Assembly (NCBI GenBank): GCA_963702435.1
Contig: CAVPCR010000001.1
Coordinates: forward strand, 1,024,001 to 1,088,000
DNA from: Candidatus Eiseniibacteriota bacterium
GTDB lineage: Bacteria > Eisenbacteria > RBG-16-71-46 > CAVPCR01
DNA: 64,000 nt
Direction: 5' to 3'
Below are positions 9,207 to 18,520 of the stretch, piece by piece. The notes under the pieces are model-generated. The model did not search any database and was not told where the DNA came from. It saw nothing but the letters and a program-made list of their open reading frames with translations. Each line of letters begins with the position of its first letter. Within the stretch, counting starts at the first letter, position 1. Position numbers and translations under genes: made by a program.

Positions 9207-11453
9207 ATGACCCGATGGCTCGCTCGCTACGCGCACTGGCTCCACCTGCGCTGGCCAGCCGGCACGGTCGAGCCGCTCCCCGCCGTGCGCGCAGACGGCT
9301 CGACCAACGTCCCCGGCGTGTACGTCGCCGGCGACCTGGCGGGAGTGCCGCTCCTCAAGTTCGCGCTCGACGGCGGAGCGCGCGTTGCGGCGCGCATCGC
9401 CGATGAGCTCGGCGCGTCGTCCGGAGCGGGGCGCGACCCCGAGCTCCTCGATCTCGCCATCGTGGGCGGCGGGGTCGCCGGCATGGCGGCCGCGATCGAG
9501 GCGAGGAGGCGCAGCCTCAGCTTCATGGTCCTCGAATCGAGCGAGGTCTTCTCGACGATCGCCAACTTCCCGCGGCGGAAACCGATCTACACCTATCCGC
9601 TCGCGATGGCGCCGGCCGGGAGCTTGCAGGTCGCGGCCACGGTCAAGGAGGACCTCCTCGTCGAGCTCAAGGCGCAGGCAGAGGCCGCGGGGATCGAACC
9701 GATCCCCGCGCGCGCCGAGCGCATCGCACGCGCCGGTGACGAGATCGTCGTGCATACGGCTGGGGGCGGCGTGGTGCGCGCCCGGCGCGTCCTCGTCGCC
9801 ATCGGGCGAAGCGGCGATCACCGGCGACTGGGCGTCCCCGGAGAGGACCTGGACCACGTCGCAAACCGGCTCCACGACCCGGCCGACTTCGCGGGCAGGA
9901 AGGTGCTCATCGTGGGCGGCGGCGACTCGGCGCTCGAGACCGCGGCCGCCCTGGCCGGGAGCGGCGCCGAGGTCACCCTCTCCTACCGGAAGCGCGAGCT
10001 CGCGCGCCCGAAACCCGAGAACGTCGCCGCGCTCGAGACCCTCCGGCGCTCGCCGGCGGCGCCGGGACACATCGATCTCCGGCTCGGCACCGAGATCAAG
10101 GAGATCCGCCCCGGGACGGCGACCCTCGCCGCGAACGGCACGACGGTGGAGATCCCGGCCGACGCCGTCTTCACCATGATCGGCCGCGCCGCGCCGCTCG
10201 ACTTCTTCCGCCGCTCGGGGATCGCGATCGCCGGCGAGCGCGGCCTCGGCTTCTGGGCCGGCCTCGCGTCCTTCATCCTCTTCGCGCTCTGGCTCTACAA
10301 CTGGAAGTCGGGCGGCAGCATGGCCGCGCTCTTCGCGCGGCACGCGTGGTTCCCGTTCAACCTGCCGGCGCTCCTCGCCGCTCTGGGCGGCGGAATCGCC
10401 GCGGCCGCCGCCGATCCGCGCACGCTCCTCGGCACACTCGCGATCAGCGCGGCCGGCCCCGCCTTCTGGTACACGGTCGCCTACAGCCTCCTCGTCGGCG
10501 TCTTCGGCTTCCGCCGCATCCGGCGCCGCCGCACGCCGTACGTCACCGCGCAGACGGCGACCCTCGCGGCGATCCAGGTGGGCCCTCTCTTCCTCCTGCC
10601 CGAGGTCCTCCTGCCCCTTCTCCATCACAACGGCTGGCTTCCCGCGGGCCTCGCCGACGCGCTCTTCCCCGCCGTCACCTACGGGCACGGCCGCGAGTTC
10701 TGGCGCGCGTACGGGTTCGTTCTCGCCTGGCCGCTCAACGTGTACAACGTGTTCACGCCGGCGCCGCTCCCCTGGTGGCTCGCGATCGCCGCGCTGCAAA
10801 CGCTCGTCCTGATCCCGCTCGGCATCTACTTCTACGGCAAGGGCATCTACTGCGGGTGGATCTGCTCGTGCGGGGCGCTGGCCGAGACCCTCGGCGACAC
10901 GGAGCGGCACAAGATGCCGCACGGCCCGCGCTGGAACCGCCTCAACATGGCAGGCCAGGCGATCCTCGCCGCCGCCGTCGTCCTCCTCTTCGTGCGCATC
11001 ACGGGCTGGATGCTCCCCGCCGGGAACGGCTTCGCGCGCGCGATGGAGACGTTCCTCCATCACTACAAGTGGACGGTGGACGTGTTCCTGGCCGGGGTGA
11101 TCGGCTACGGCGTGTACTTCTGGTTCTCGGGTCGCGTCTGGTGCCGCTTCCTCTGCCCGCTCGCCGCGCTCATGCACATCTACGCGCGATGGAGCCGCTT
11201 CCGCATTCTCGCCGACAAGAAGAAGTGCATCTCCTGCAACGTGTGCACGACCGTTTGCCACCAGGGGATCGATGTCATGAGCTTCGCGAACAGGGGACTC
11301 GCGATGGCCGATCCCGAGTGCGTGCGCTGCTCGGCATGCGTCCAGGGCTGCCCGACCGGGGTGCTCACCTTCGGGCAGGTGGATGGACGCGGGGTGCCGA
11401 TCCGCTTCGACCGGCTCCCGGCCTCACCGGTTGCCGCGCGCGAGGGGCGCTGA
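9207..11453 (+). CDS. FAD/NAD(P)-dependent TrxR/YpdA-like oxidoreductase fused to a NapH/MauN-like membrane 4Fe-4S domain
   Basis: IVGGGVAG and IVGGGDSALE Rossmann motifs; multiple TM helices; YCGWICSCG and WCRFLCP; CISCNVCTTVC and CVRCSACVQGCP ferredoxin motifs. Confidence 0.85.
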   Translation: MTRWLARYAHWLHLRWPAGTVEPLPAVRADGSTNVPGVYVAGDLAGVPLLKFALDGGARVAARIADELGASSGAGRDPELLDLAIVGGGVAGMAAAIEARRRSLSFMVLESSEVFSTIANFPRRKPIYTYPLAMAPAGSLQVAATVKEDLLVELKAQAEAAGIEPIPARAERIARAGDEIVVHTAGGGVVRARRVLVAIGRSGDHRRLGVPGEDLDHVANRLHDPADFAGRKVLIVGGGDSALETAAALAGSGAEVTLSYRKRELARPKPENVAALETLRRSPAAPGHIDLRLGTEIKEIRPGTATLAANGTTVEIPADAVFTMIGRAAPLDFFRRSGIAIAGERGLGFWAGLASFILFALWLYNWKSGGSMAALFARHAWFPFNLPALLAALGGGIAAAAADPRTLLGTLAISAAGPAFWYTVAYSLLVGVFGFRRIRRRRTPYVTAQTATLAAIQVGPLFLLPEVLLPLLHHNGWLPAGLADALFPAVTYGHGREFWRAYGFVLAWPLNVYNVFTPAPLPWWLAIAALQTLVLIPLGIYFYGKGIYCGWICSCGALAETLGDTERHKMPHGPRWNRLNMAGQAILAAAVVLLFVRITGWMLPAGNGFARAMETFLHHYKWTVDVFLAGVIGYGVYFWFSGRVWCRFLCPLAALMHIYARWSRFRILADKKKCISCNVCTTVCHQGIDVMSFANRGLAMADPECVRCSACVQGCPTGVLTFGQVDGRGVPIRFDRLPASPVAAREGR

Positions 11454-11467
11454 CCGGAAGGCGCCGC

Positions 11468-12682
11468 CTACTTGACGAGCACTGCCTTCTGCGAGCTCTG
11501 CTCGCCCGCGCTCCGGACCACGATCGTGTAGAGGCCCGCCGCCTGGGGCGCGCCGTCAGCGTTCCGCCCGTCCCAGGCGAAGGCGACGGCGCCCGGTCCC
11601 GCGACCCCCGACCACAGGGAGCGCACCTTCCGCCCCTGCACATCCACGACATCCACGGCGAGGGGCGCCGCGGCGCGCAGATCCACCTCGATCCGGAGGA
11701 GCGGATTGAACGGGTTCGGCGCGAGGTCGAGCCCGCCGATCAGCGGCCCGCCGGCCGGCACTGGGGTCGGATCGAGCGCGATCCCGGCGCGGAAGAAGCT
11801 CGTGCCGGTGGAAAGCGCCGCCGGGATCTCGAAGAGCTCGGCGATGGTGGGGACGAGATCGATCTGCCGCCAGGTGCCCTCGAGCACGCTCCCGGGCACG
11901 AAGTCGGGACCCACGGCGAGGAAACCGATGCGCCGGCAACCTTCGCAATCATCGCCATGCGCCGGCCACGCGTCGCCGAGGTGCCGTCCGTGATCGCTCG
12001 TCACGAACATGGTCGTCTTGCCCGCGTAGTGCGGATTCGACTCGATCCACGTCCAGAGATCCCTGGTCAGCGAGTCGGCGAGCGCGATGCCGGCGGTGTA
12101 GGTCTGCCAGTTGCCGGAGTGCCCGTCGTAGTCGGTCTGGGTGAGACAGAGCATGCTGATCCTCGGCTCGAAGACGGCGAGCCGGGCGATGTAGTCGGCG
12201 TAGGTATAGGGATCGGGCCGCGTCATGCTGTAAGCGCAGGCCTGGTAGGGAACGCCGTAGAGCGGATGGGTGCTGTGGTTCAGCGAATGCAGCTTGTACT
12301 TGCCGGCCACGATCCAGTGCTCCGTGACCGGGGTTCCGGTCGCGGCGCGGAAGTACTCGAACATTGTGGGCATGGTCGGCCGGACGAGGCCGTTGTCGGG
12401 CAGCTCCTGCCAGGTTCCGGTGACGAGGGCGGCATGTCCGGCCACCGTTTCCGTTCGTCCTTCATTCCGGAACTCCGGGATCCGCATGCCGATCGGGACC
12501 AGCTCGTTCCACATGTGTGGAATGTACCGGTGGGTCGGATCCTCGAAGGACTCGCTCAGGCGCACGCCGTCGATCACGACGATGACGACGTTCTCGGTGC
12601 GGTAGGCAACGGCCGGGACGGAGCCGGCCGCGAGGAAGCAGGCGGCGAACGCGAGAAGGCACCGGTGCGCGCGGTTGCTCAT
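11468..12682 (-). CDS. alkaline phosphatase/sulfatase superfamily enzyme with FlgD-Ig CTD
   Basis: NVVIVVIDGVR, TVAGHAALVTG, TDYDGH, FVTSDHGR, QIDLVPTI; signal peptide; CTD PNPFNP...WDGRN. Confidence 0.8.
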   Translation of the reverse strand: MSNRAHRCLLAFAACFLAAGSVPAVAYRTENVVIVVIDGVRLSESFEDPTHRYIPHMWNELVPIGMRIPEFRNEGRTETVAGHAALVTGTWQELPDNGLVRPTMPTMFEYFRAATGTPVTEHWIVAGKYKLHSLNHSTHPLYGVPYQACAYSMTRPDPYTYADYIARLAVFEPRISMLCLTQTDYDGHSGNWQTYTAGIALADSLTRDLWTWIESNPHYAGKTTMFVTSDHGRHLGDAWPAHGDDCEGCRRIGFLAVGPDFVPGSVLEGTWRQIDLVPTIAELFEIPAALSTGTSFFRAGIALDPTPVPAGGPLIGGLDLAPNPFNPLLRIEVDLRAAAPLAVDVVDVQGRKVRSLWSGVAGPGAVAFAWDGRNADGAPQAAGLYTIVVRSAGEQSSQKAVLVK

Positions 12683-12774
12683 GTGGCTGCACCCCAGGTT
12701 GTCCCGCGGCCCGCTGTCCGGCCGCGGCGCCCGGCGGTGGAATCCGCCGGACGCCGCGGTCTCATCGGTCTCGA

Positions 12775-13347
12775 CTAGTCGAAGAGGGACTTGATGAGTC
12801 CCCAGGTGCTCTCGACGATCGGCGACCCCTGCTCGGGGATCGCCGTCGGCTGGTTAACGACGACCTGGAACGAGCGGCGGACCTCGCCGTGGGTCGGCCC
12901 GCCGTTCCCCGTGTTCCCGTACCAGGCCGCGTTCCAGGTGTAGGTGCCGGGCTGGGCCGGGGCGGCGCCGTGCAGGACGACCGGGAAGACCACCGGGTTC
13001 GGCTGCATGTCGTCGCCGGTCCCGGTCGGGCCAGCCTTCCGATCGATCTCGACGTTGCTCTCATTATACAGCAACGCCCGGATCCACCCGACGGCGCCCT
13101 GGCTGATGAGAGTGACCGTGACCTGTTCGCCGGGGGCGTACGACGGGCGGTCGGTGGCCACGCTCAGAATGCCCCGGTGCTCATGGCAGCCGGCGCAGGT
13201 CGGGTTGTCGTCGCTGTGGCACGAGGCGCAGCGGCTGGCGAAGAAGCTCGGCTCTGACTGGGCGCCCTGCGGCGCCCAGGTGTTGACGACGAATCCCGCC
13301 GCCAGGGCGGCGAGGATGACGATGGCCATTCTCCAATGTGCGCGCAC
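12775..13347 (-). CDS. secreted protein with two CxxCH motifs, a Reeler-like domain and a C-terminal STWGLIKSLF motif
   Basis: GGAGGG RBS plus GTG; signal peptide; CASCH and CAGCH; SYAPGEQVTVTL; ends ESTWGLIKSLFD. Confidence 0.7.
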   Translation of the reverse strand: MRAHWRMAIVILAALAAGFVVNTWAPQGAQSEPSFFASRCASCHSDDNPTCAGCHEHRGILSVATDRPSYAPGEQVTVTLISQGAVGWIRALLYNESNVEIDRKAGPTGTGDDMQPNPVVFPVVLHGAAPAQPGTYTWNAAWYGNTGNGGPTHGEVRRSFQVVVNQPTAIPEQGSPIVESTWGLIKSLFD

Positions 13348-13494
13348 GATGAACCCTCCCTGGCTCGGGGCGGGCAGGCGCGACGGGATCGAAGGGAGCT
13401 TCGATTCCGCCGGCACGGCCCCCCCAGAGGCCAATCCACGAGCCGACGGCCAGTGTTGTCCGGACCCGGCCAGGCAGGCCGTGCTCAAAGCTGG

Positions 13495-13510
13495 AGCAAG
13501 AATGCGACCA
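13495..13510 (-). promoter_or_regulatory. candidate sigma54 promoter for the CxxCH/Reeler gene
   Basis: Minus strand TGGTCGC-ATTC-TTGCT (GG-N10-GC with TTGC at -12). Confidence 0.45.
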
Positions 13511-13883
13511 AGGAGGAGGGATCTCTCAACTTGTAGATGGACGATGCGATAGCCGCCTGTCCCGGTGTCCAGCGCGGGCCTGGCCGAAACGGACCCCGGC
13601 GCTTGTGTCAGGTCCTCATCGCCGGGCCGACAAGTTGTCGCCCGGCGGCGGAAGTCCGGGTCATCTCGCCCGGCCCACTGGGGAGGCAAGCGCAGCGCCC
13701 GGACCGGGCGGCAGCCCTGAGGGCGATCCTCGCGGGATCGCCCGGTCTCGGGCCGCCGCCCGAGTCGCGTTCCGCGTCCGCCGCCCCGGCGGCTCGGCTA
13801 GAATGAGCGGCGCAGGCGGCTGGCCGCGATGGTCCCGCTCGCCCGTCCACGATGCCCGGGGACAATCCCCGCCCGGAGGCACG

Positions 13884-14678
13884 ATGCCCGAAGCGGACGA
13901 AAGCAAGATCGCCGTTCTCATCGACTTCGAGAACATCGCGATGGGCGCGAAGCGCGCCCAGTACAAGGAATTCGACGTTCATCTCATCCTGCGCCGACTG
14001 CTCGACAAGGGAAAGATCGTGGTCAAGCGCGCCTATGCCGACTGGGAGCGCTACAGCGACTACAAGCGCGTGTTCCACGAGGCCGCCATCGAGCTCATCG
14101 ACATCCCGCAGAAACACTACAGCGGCAAGAACTCGGCGGACATCAAGCTCGTCGTCGACGCCATCGACCTCTGCTACGCCAAGGAGCATATCGACACCTT
14201 CGTCATCGCTTCGGGTGACAGCGACTTCTCGCCCCTCGTATCCAAGCTCAAGGAGAACGACAAGAACGTGATCGGCGTCGGGGTCAAGAACTCGACCTCC
14301 GACCTCCTCATCGACAACTGCGACGAGTTCATCTTCTACGAGGATCTGGTGCGCCCGCCGCAGGCGCCGTCTCACGCGATCAAGTCGAGCCTGCCCAAGA
14401 AGAAGCAGCAGGCCTTTGCGCTCCTCCTCGAGGCCATCGTCTCGCTCAAGCGCGAGAACAAGGACATCTTGTGGGCCTCGATGATCAAGGAGACGATCAA
14501 GCGCAAGCGTCCGCAGTTCGACGAGGGCTACTACGACTACATGACCTTCTCCGAGCTCCTCGAGGACGCCGAGACCCACAAGATCGTCGAGCTCGCGAAG
14601 GACCAGAAGAGCGGCTCCTACATCGTGACCGCCTTCGCCCGCCCGCGAGCGGCGGCGGCGCGCACCGAGAAGGAGTGA
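13884..14678 (+). CDS. NYN (LabA/DUF88) domain protein with C-terminal OST-HTH/LOTUS domain
   Basis: IAVLIDFEN, KRAYADW, GKNSADIKLVVDA, ASGDSDFSPL, CDEFIFY; PQFDEGYY...FSELLE; GGAGG RBS. Confidence 0.9.
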   Translation: MPEADESKIAVLIDFENIAMGAKRAQYKEFDVHLILRRLLDKGKIVVKRAYADWERYSDYKRVFHEAAIELIDIPQKHYSGKNSADIKLVVDAIDLCYAKEHIDTFVIASGDSDFSPLVSKLKENDKNVIGVGVKNSTSDLLIDNCDEFIFYEDLVRPPQAPSHAIKSSLPKKKQQAFALLLEAIVSLKRENKDILWASMIKETIKRKRPQFDEGYYDYMTFSELLEDAETHKIVELAKDQKSGSYIVTAFARPRAAAARTEKE

Positions 14679-15268
14679 GCGGCCCGCCGGCCCCCACCCC
14701 CGAGCCGCCGCCCGATCTGGACGTGCGCCGGCTCGACGCGGCCCGGGAGCGCGACTTCTGGGCGGTGCATTCCAGCGAGCACGGGTGCGGCTGGTGCGCC
14801 TGCGCCGCCTGGTGGGTGCCGACGTGGGACGGCTTCGGCGAGCGCACCGCCGAGGAGAACCGGGGGCTCCGCCGCGAGCTCTTCCAGCGCGGCGAGTTCG
14901 ACGGTTACATGGCCTACGAGCACGGTGAGCCGATCGGATGGTGCCAGGTCGGACTGCGCGATCGGCTCGTGAAGCTCGTCCAGCAGTACCCGCTCCCACC
15001 CGACCCCGCGTGCTTCGCGATCACCTGCTTTCTCGTCGTCCCGCATGCGCGCCGGCGCGGAGTCGCGCGAGCCCTCCTCTCTGCAGTGCTCGCCGATCTC
15101 CGGGCGCGCGGCGTTGCGCGCGTCGAAGCGTACCCGCGCGCCGAGGCGACGGCGGATCCGCTCGAGCTGTGGACCGGCCCGCTCGGCCTCTACGAGGAAG
15201 CCGGCTTCTGCGCTCGCGATCCGGCCGCTGCCCGCCCCGTCCTCGCGCTCGATCTCGCGCCCCGCTGA
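14675..15268 (+). CDS. GNAT family N-acetyltransferase
   Basis: GTGA overlap with the upstream stop; GWCQVG, ITCFLV..ARRRGVARALL, VEAYP, GLYEEAGF. Confidence 0.8.
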   Translation: MSGPPAPTPEPPPDLDVRRLDAARERDFWAVHSSEHGCGWCACAAWWVPTWDGFGERTAEENRGLRRELFQRGEFDGYMAYEHGEPIGWCQVGLRDRLVKLVQQYPLPPDPACFAITCFLVVPHARRRGVARALLSAVLADLRARGVARVEAYPRAEATADPLELWTGPLGLYEEAGFCARDPAAARPVLALDLAPR

Positions 15269-15331
15269 CCGCGGCCGGTGCTACTATCCGCGCGCTTCCG
15301 GCCGCTTACCATTTGGACAGGGAGGTCCACC

Positions 15332-17107
15332 ATGCGCTCCACCCCACGGGGCCTCGTCCCCGTTCTGTCTCTCGCTTTCGTCCTCGTCGCAACCGCCCGC
15401 CCTGCGCCCGTCCTCGCTGCCAGCGTCCTCGCCACCGCGGACGCCGGCGCCCCGGCACCGGGCGAGGTTCGATCCTCCGCAACAATCGCCGCTCCTTCCC
15501 CGCCCGAGAACCTCGTCCCGCCGCCCATCATGCCGGGGTGGCCCCAGTTCATGGCCACCGTTCCGCTCTACTCGCCGACCGGCGTCACGCTCGCCGACGT
15601 GGATGGGAACGGCGATCTCGAGGTGCTCGCCGGGTCGACCGACGGGCTCTTCCGCGTCTGGAACCACGACGGCACGCTGTATCCGGGCTGGCCGATCGCG
15701 GTCGGCGGCCAGGTGCAGTCGAAGGCCGCGGCCGCCGATCTCGACAATGACGGGAATCTCGAGATCCTCGTCGCGGTCAAGAGCGGCCAGCTCCAGATCT
15801 ACCATCACGACGGGACGCCGCTTTCGGGATGGCCCCGCCCCTGGGGCCAGACGCTCGGCTTTCTCTCGCCGACCGTGTACGACCTGGATGGCGACGGCCG
15901 GCCCGAGGTCCTGATGGGGGGCGGCGGCTCGGTCTACGCCTGGCGCGCCGATGGGACGGCGGTCCCCGGCTTCCCGCGGGTCGTGGGCGGGCTCATCTCG
16001 GGGACGCTCGCCGTGGGCGACGTCGCCGGCGACGCGCGGCCCGAGATCTTCGCGACCGCGATCAACCCCGGCAACCTGCACGGACTTGCCGCCGACGGCA
16101 CCGTGCTCCCCGGCTGGCCCAAGGCGACCGGCCTCTCGAGCTCGTACGCCGCGCCCTCGATCGGCGATCTCGACGGCGACGGCACGCGCGAGGTGCTCGT
16201 GGTCGGCTACAGCTTCGGCAACTTCACGCGCATCCTCGCCTATCGCGGCGACGGGAGTGACTTCCCGAACTTCCCGCTCACCTACCCGAGCGTGCAGACC
16301 TACTCCTGTCCCGTGATCGGCGATGTGGACGGCGATGGCGATCTCGAGCTGTTCAACGCCGGCAAGGTGAATGCCGCTCCGAACTACTACGGATGGAATC
16401 ACCTGGGCCAGGTGCTCCCGGGATGGCCGCGGACGCTCAACGATCTCGAGGGCTCGTCGCTCATCGCCAACCTGGACCTCGAGCCCCAGATGGAGATCGT
16501 GATCGGCGACAACTTCACTCCGGGGTTCTTCCACGGATACAACGTCGACGGCACGACGGCGCCCGACTTCCCGCTCCCGAAGCTCGCGGCGAGCCTCCCC
16601 AACGCGCCGTCGGTCGGCGACGTGGACCTGGACGGGGATCTCGATCTCGCGATGACCGGCTCGAACGGTGCCGTGGCGCTCTGGGACTTCGCGGTGCCAT
16701 ACGATCCGAATACCATCGAGTGGGGCACGTTCTTCCATGACAACTGGCACACGAACCAGCATGGGTTCGTGGTGCCGGGCGGGACGACCGGGATCGCCGG
16801 CGAGATCGCGGCGCCGGGCGCGGTCGTCCGCCTCGGCCTCCCCTTCCCGAACCCGGCGCTCGCCGGCGCCACGATCCCCTTCCTGCTCGCGGGCGAGCGG
16901 GAGGCCCGGCTCACGGTCTACGACGTGAACGGCCACCGGGTGCGCACGCTCGCCGAGCGGAGCTTCGCCGCCGGCCGGCACGCAGTCGTGTGGGACGGGC
17001 GGAATGAATCGGGACGCGCGGTCGCGAGCGGCGTCTACTGGGTGCGGCTCGAGGTGCCGGCGGCAGCCGCGAGCGCTGAGCAGAAAGTGACGATCACCAG
17101 CGAATAG
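15332..17107 (+). CDS. secreted FG-GAP repeat protein with FlgD-Ig CTD
   Basis: GGAGG RBS; signal peptide; repeated PGWP...ADLDxDGxxEI units; CTD PFPNP...YDVNG...WDGRN...GVYWVRL. Confidence 0.85.
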   Translation: MRSTPRGLVPVLSLAFVLVATARPAPVLAASVLATADAGAPAPGEVRSSATIAAPSPPENLVPPPIMPGWPQFMATVPLYSPTGVTLADVDGNGDLEVLAGSTDGLFRVWNHDGTLYPGWPIAVGGQVQSKAAAADLDNDGNLEILVAVKSGQLQIYHHDGTPLSGWPRPWGQTLGFLSPTVYDLDGDGRPEVLMGGGGSVYAWRADGTAVPGFPRVVGGLISGTLAVGDVAGDARPEIFATAINPGNLHGLAADGTVLPGWPKATGLSSSYAAPSIGDLDGDGTREVLVVGYSFGNFTRILAYRGDGSDFPNFPLTYPSVQTYSCPVIGDVDGDGDLELFNAGKVNAAPNYYGWNHLGQVLPGWPRTLNDLEGSSLIANLDLEPQMEIVIGDNFTPGFFHGYNVDGTTAPDFPLPKLAASLPNAPSVGDVDLDGDLDLAMTGSNGAVALWDFAVPYDPNTIEWGTFFHDNWHTNQHGFVVPGGTTGIAGEIAAPGAVVRLGLPFPNPALAGATIPFLLAGEREARLTVYDVNGHRVRTLAERSFAAGRHAVVWDGRNESGRAVASGVYWVRLEVPAAAASAEQKVTITSE

Positions 17108-17130
17108 CTGCGTGATGACGGACGGCAAGG

Positions 17131-17160
17131 GGCCCCGGCGGGGGGATTGCCGCCGGGGCC
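17131..17160. terminator. hairpin between convergent genes (possible bidirectional terminator)
   Basis: GGCCCCGGCGG...CCGCCGGGGCC, perfect 11-bp stem; no U-tract. Confidence 0.45.
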
Positions 17161-17198
17161 TCGCTCGCATCTCCGTGTCGTGCCGCCGGTCGTGTCGG

Positions 17199-17569
17199 TC
17201 ACCTCAGGAGCGACATCTTCCGCCTTTCCTCCTGCGATCCGGCGGTGAGCCGGTAGAAGTAGACGCCCGCCGGTGCCGCCGTGCCCCCGACCTGGCGGCC
17301 ATCCCAGCGGATGCGATGCGGCCCGGCGGCGAGCGGGCGTCGACGAGTGTCGCCACGCAACGCCCGGCCACGTCGTAGATGCGGAGCGTGACGCGACCCG
17401 CGGTCGCCAGCTCGAACGGGATCACGGTCGCCGGGGCGAACGGGTTCGGCGCGTTCGGCCCCAGGCGCAGGCGGGTGACCGCCGCGGCGGCCGGTTGCCC
17501 GCCGACTCCCGCCTGGCCGCTCGTCACCACCCATGCGTCATGCACCGGCACGGGACCGGGCCAGCCCAC
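17199..17569 (-). pseudogene. orphan FlgD-Ig CTD remnant with a frameshift
   Basis: One frame gives LGPNAPNPFAPATVIPFEL...IYDVAGRCVATLVDA; another continues PLAAGPHRIRWDG...GVYFYRL...KMSLLR; one base missing near 17335; no signal peptide or cargo domain. Confidence 0.7.
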
Positions 17570-17781
17570 GCCGCATGACGGGAGTTAACACGATCATTGT
17601 AGATTCCCGCCGACTGGGCGGTGCGTGGCGGCGCCGGCCGGCACGGATCAAGCGCGTACGCGCGCGATCGCGTCACGATCGGCGGCCGGGAGCCCCCACC
17701 CGGGAGTCGATCCGCACGCCCTGTCCGGCGCCCTCGCCGCCGCCGGGGACCGCGTTACCGGCTTGATCGCCGGCATCGCGT

Positions 17782-18477
17782 CTACCATGGCAGGATCGCC
17801 TCCGCCATCAGGTCATGGAGCCGGCAGTCGGCCGCGCGATCCATGGACTCGATCCACGCGGCGAGCCTCTCCGCGGCGATTTGCGGCTCGGTGTCGGCAT
17901 CCACCGCCGCGGCGGTGGTCTTGAGCCGTCCGGGATGCACGGCGTAGACGCGGATGCCCTCCGCGCGGAGCTCCTGGTCGAGACAGGCCGTGAGCATGTT
18001 CTGAGCGCCCTTCGCGATCGCGTAGGAATAGATGCCGCGGAAGTCGCCGGCGAGAACCCCGGCGATCGACCCGAAGCGCGACGTGATGTTGACCACGGCG
18101 GGCCGCGCCGCGTTCCGGAGGAACGGCAACGCCGCACGCGTGCAACGGAAGGCACCCACGCAATGGACGCGGAAAAGCTCCTCGATGTCCTCCGGCTCGG
18201 TCTCGGGCAACCACCTGAGCTTCTTCACATCACCGGCGTTGTTGATGAGCACGTCGAGCGCGCGGGTGTGTGCACGGAGGGCCAGAGCGATCGCCTCTTC
18301 CACTGCGGGGAGGCCGACGTCGGCGCAGATCGGATGGCAGTTCTCGCGGCCGGCCCACTCGCGGGCCGCTTCCGGCCGGCGCACGAGCGGAAAGACCGTC
18401 CACCCGCCGCGCCGGTAGACCTCCACCAGCGCGCGGCCGAACCCGCGACTGGCGCCGGTGATCAGGACCGAGGCCAT
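17782..18477 (-). CDS. SDR family oxidoreductase (CsgA/C-factor-like)
   Basis: LITGASRGFG, LINNAG, NITS, YAIAK (YxxxK), VHPG. Confidence 0.9.
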   Translation of the reverse strand: MASVLITGASRGFGRALVEVYRRGGWTVFPLVRRPEAAREWAGRENCHPICADVGLPAVEEAIALALRAHTRALDVLINNAGDVKKLRWLPETEPEDIEELFRVHCVGAFRCTRAALPFLRNAARPAVVNITSRFGSIAGVLAGDFRGIYSYAIAKGAQNMLTACLDQELRAEGIRVYAVHPGRLKTTAAAVDADTEPQIAAERLAAWIESMDRAADCRLHDLMAEAILPW

Positions 18478-18520
18478 GGCACGCACTCCCTCCCTCCGCC
18501 GCCCGTGCGGGCGGGACAGC

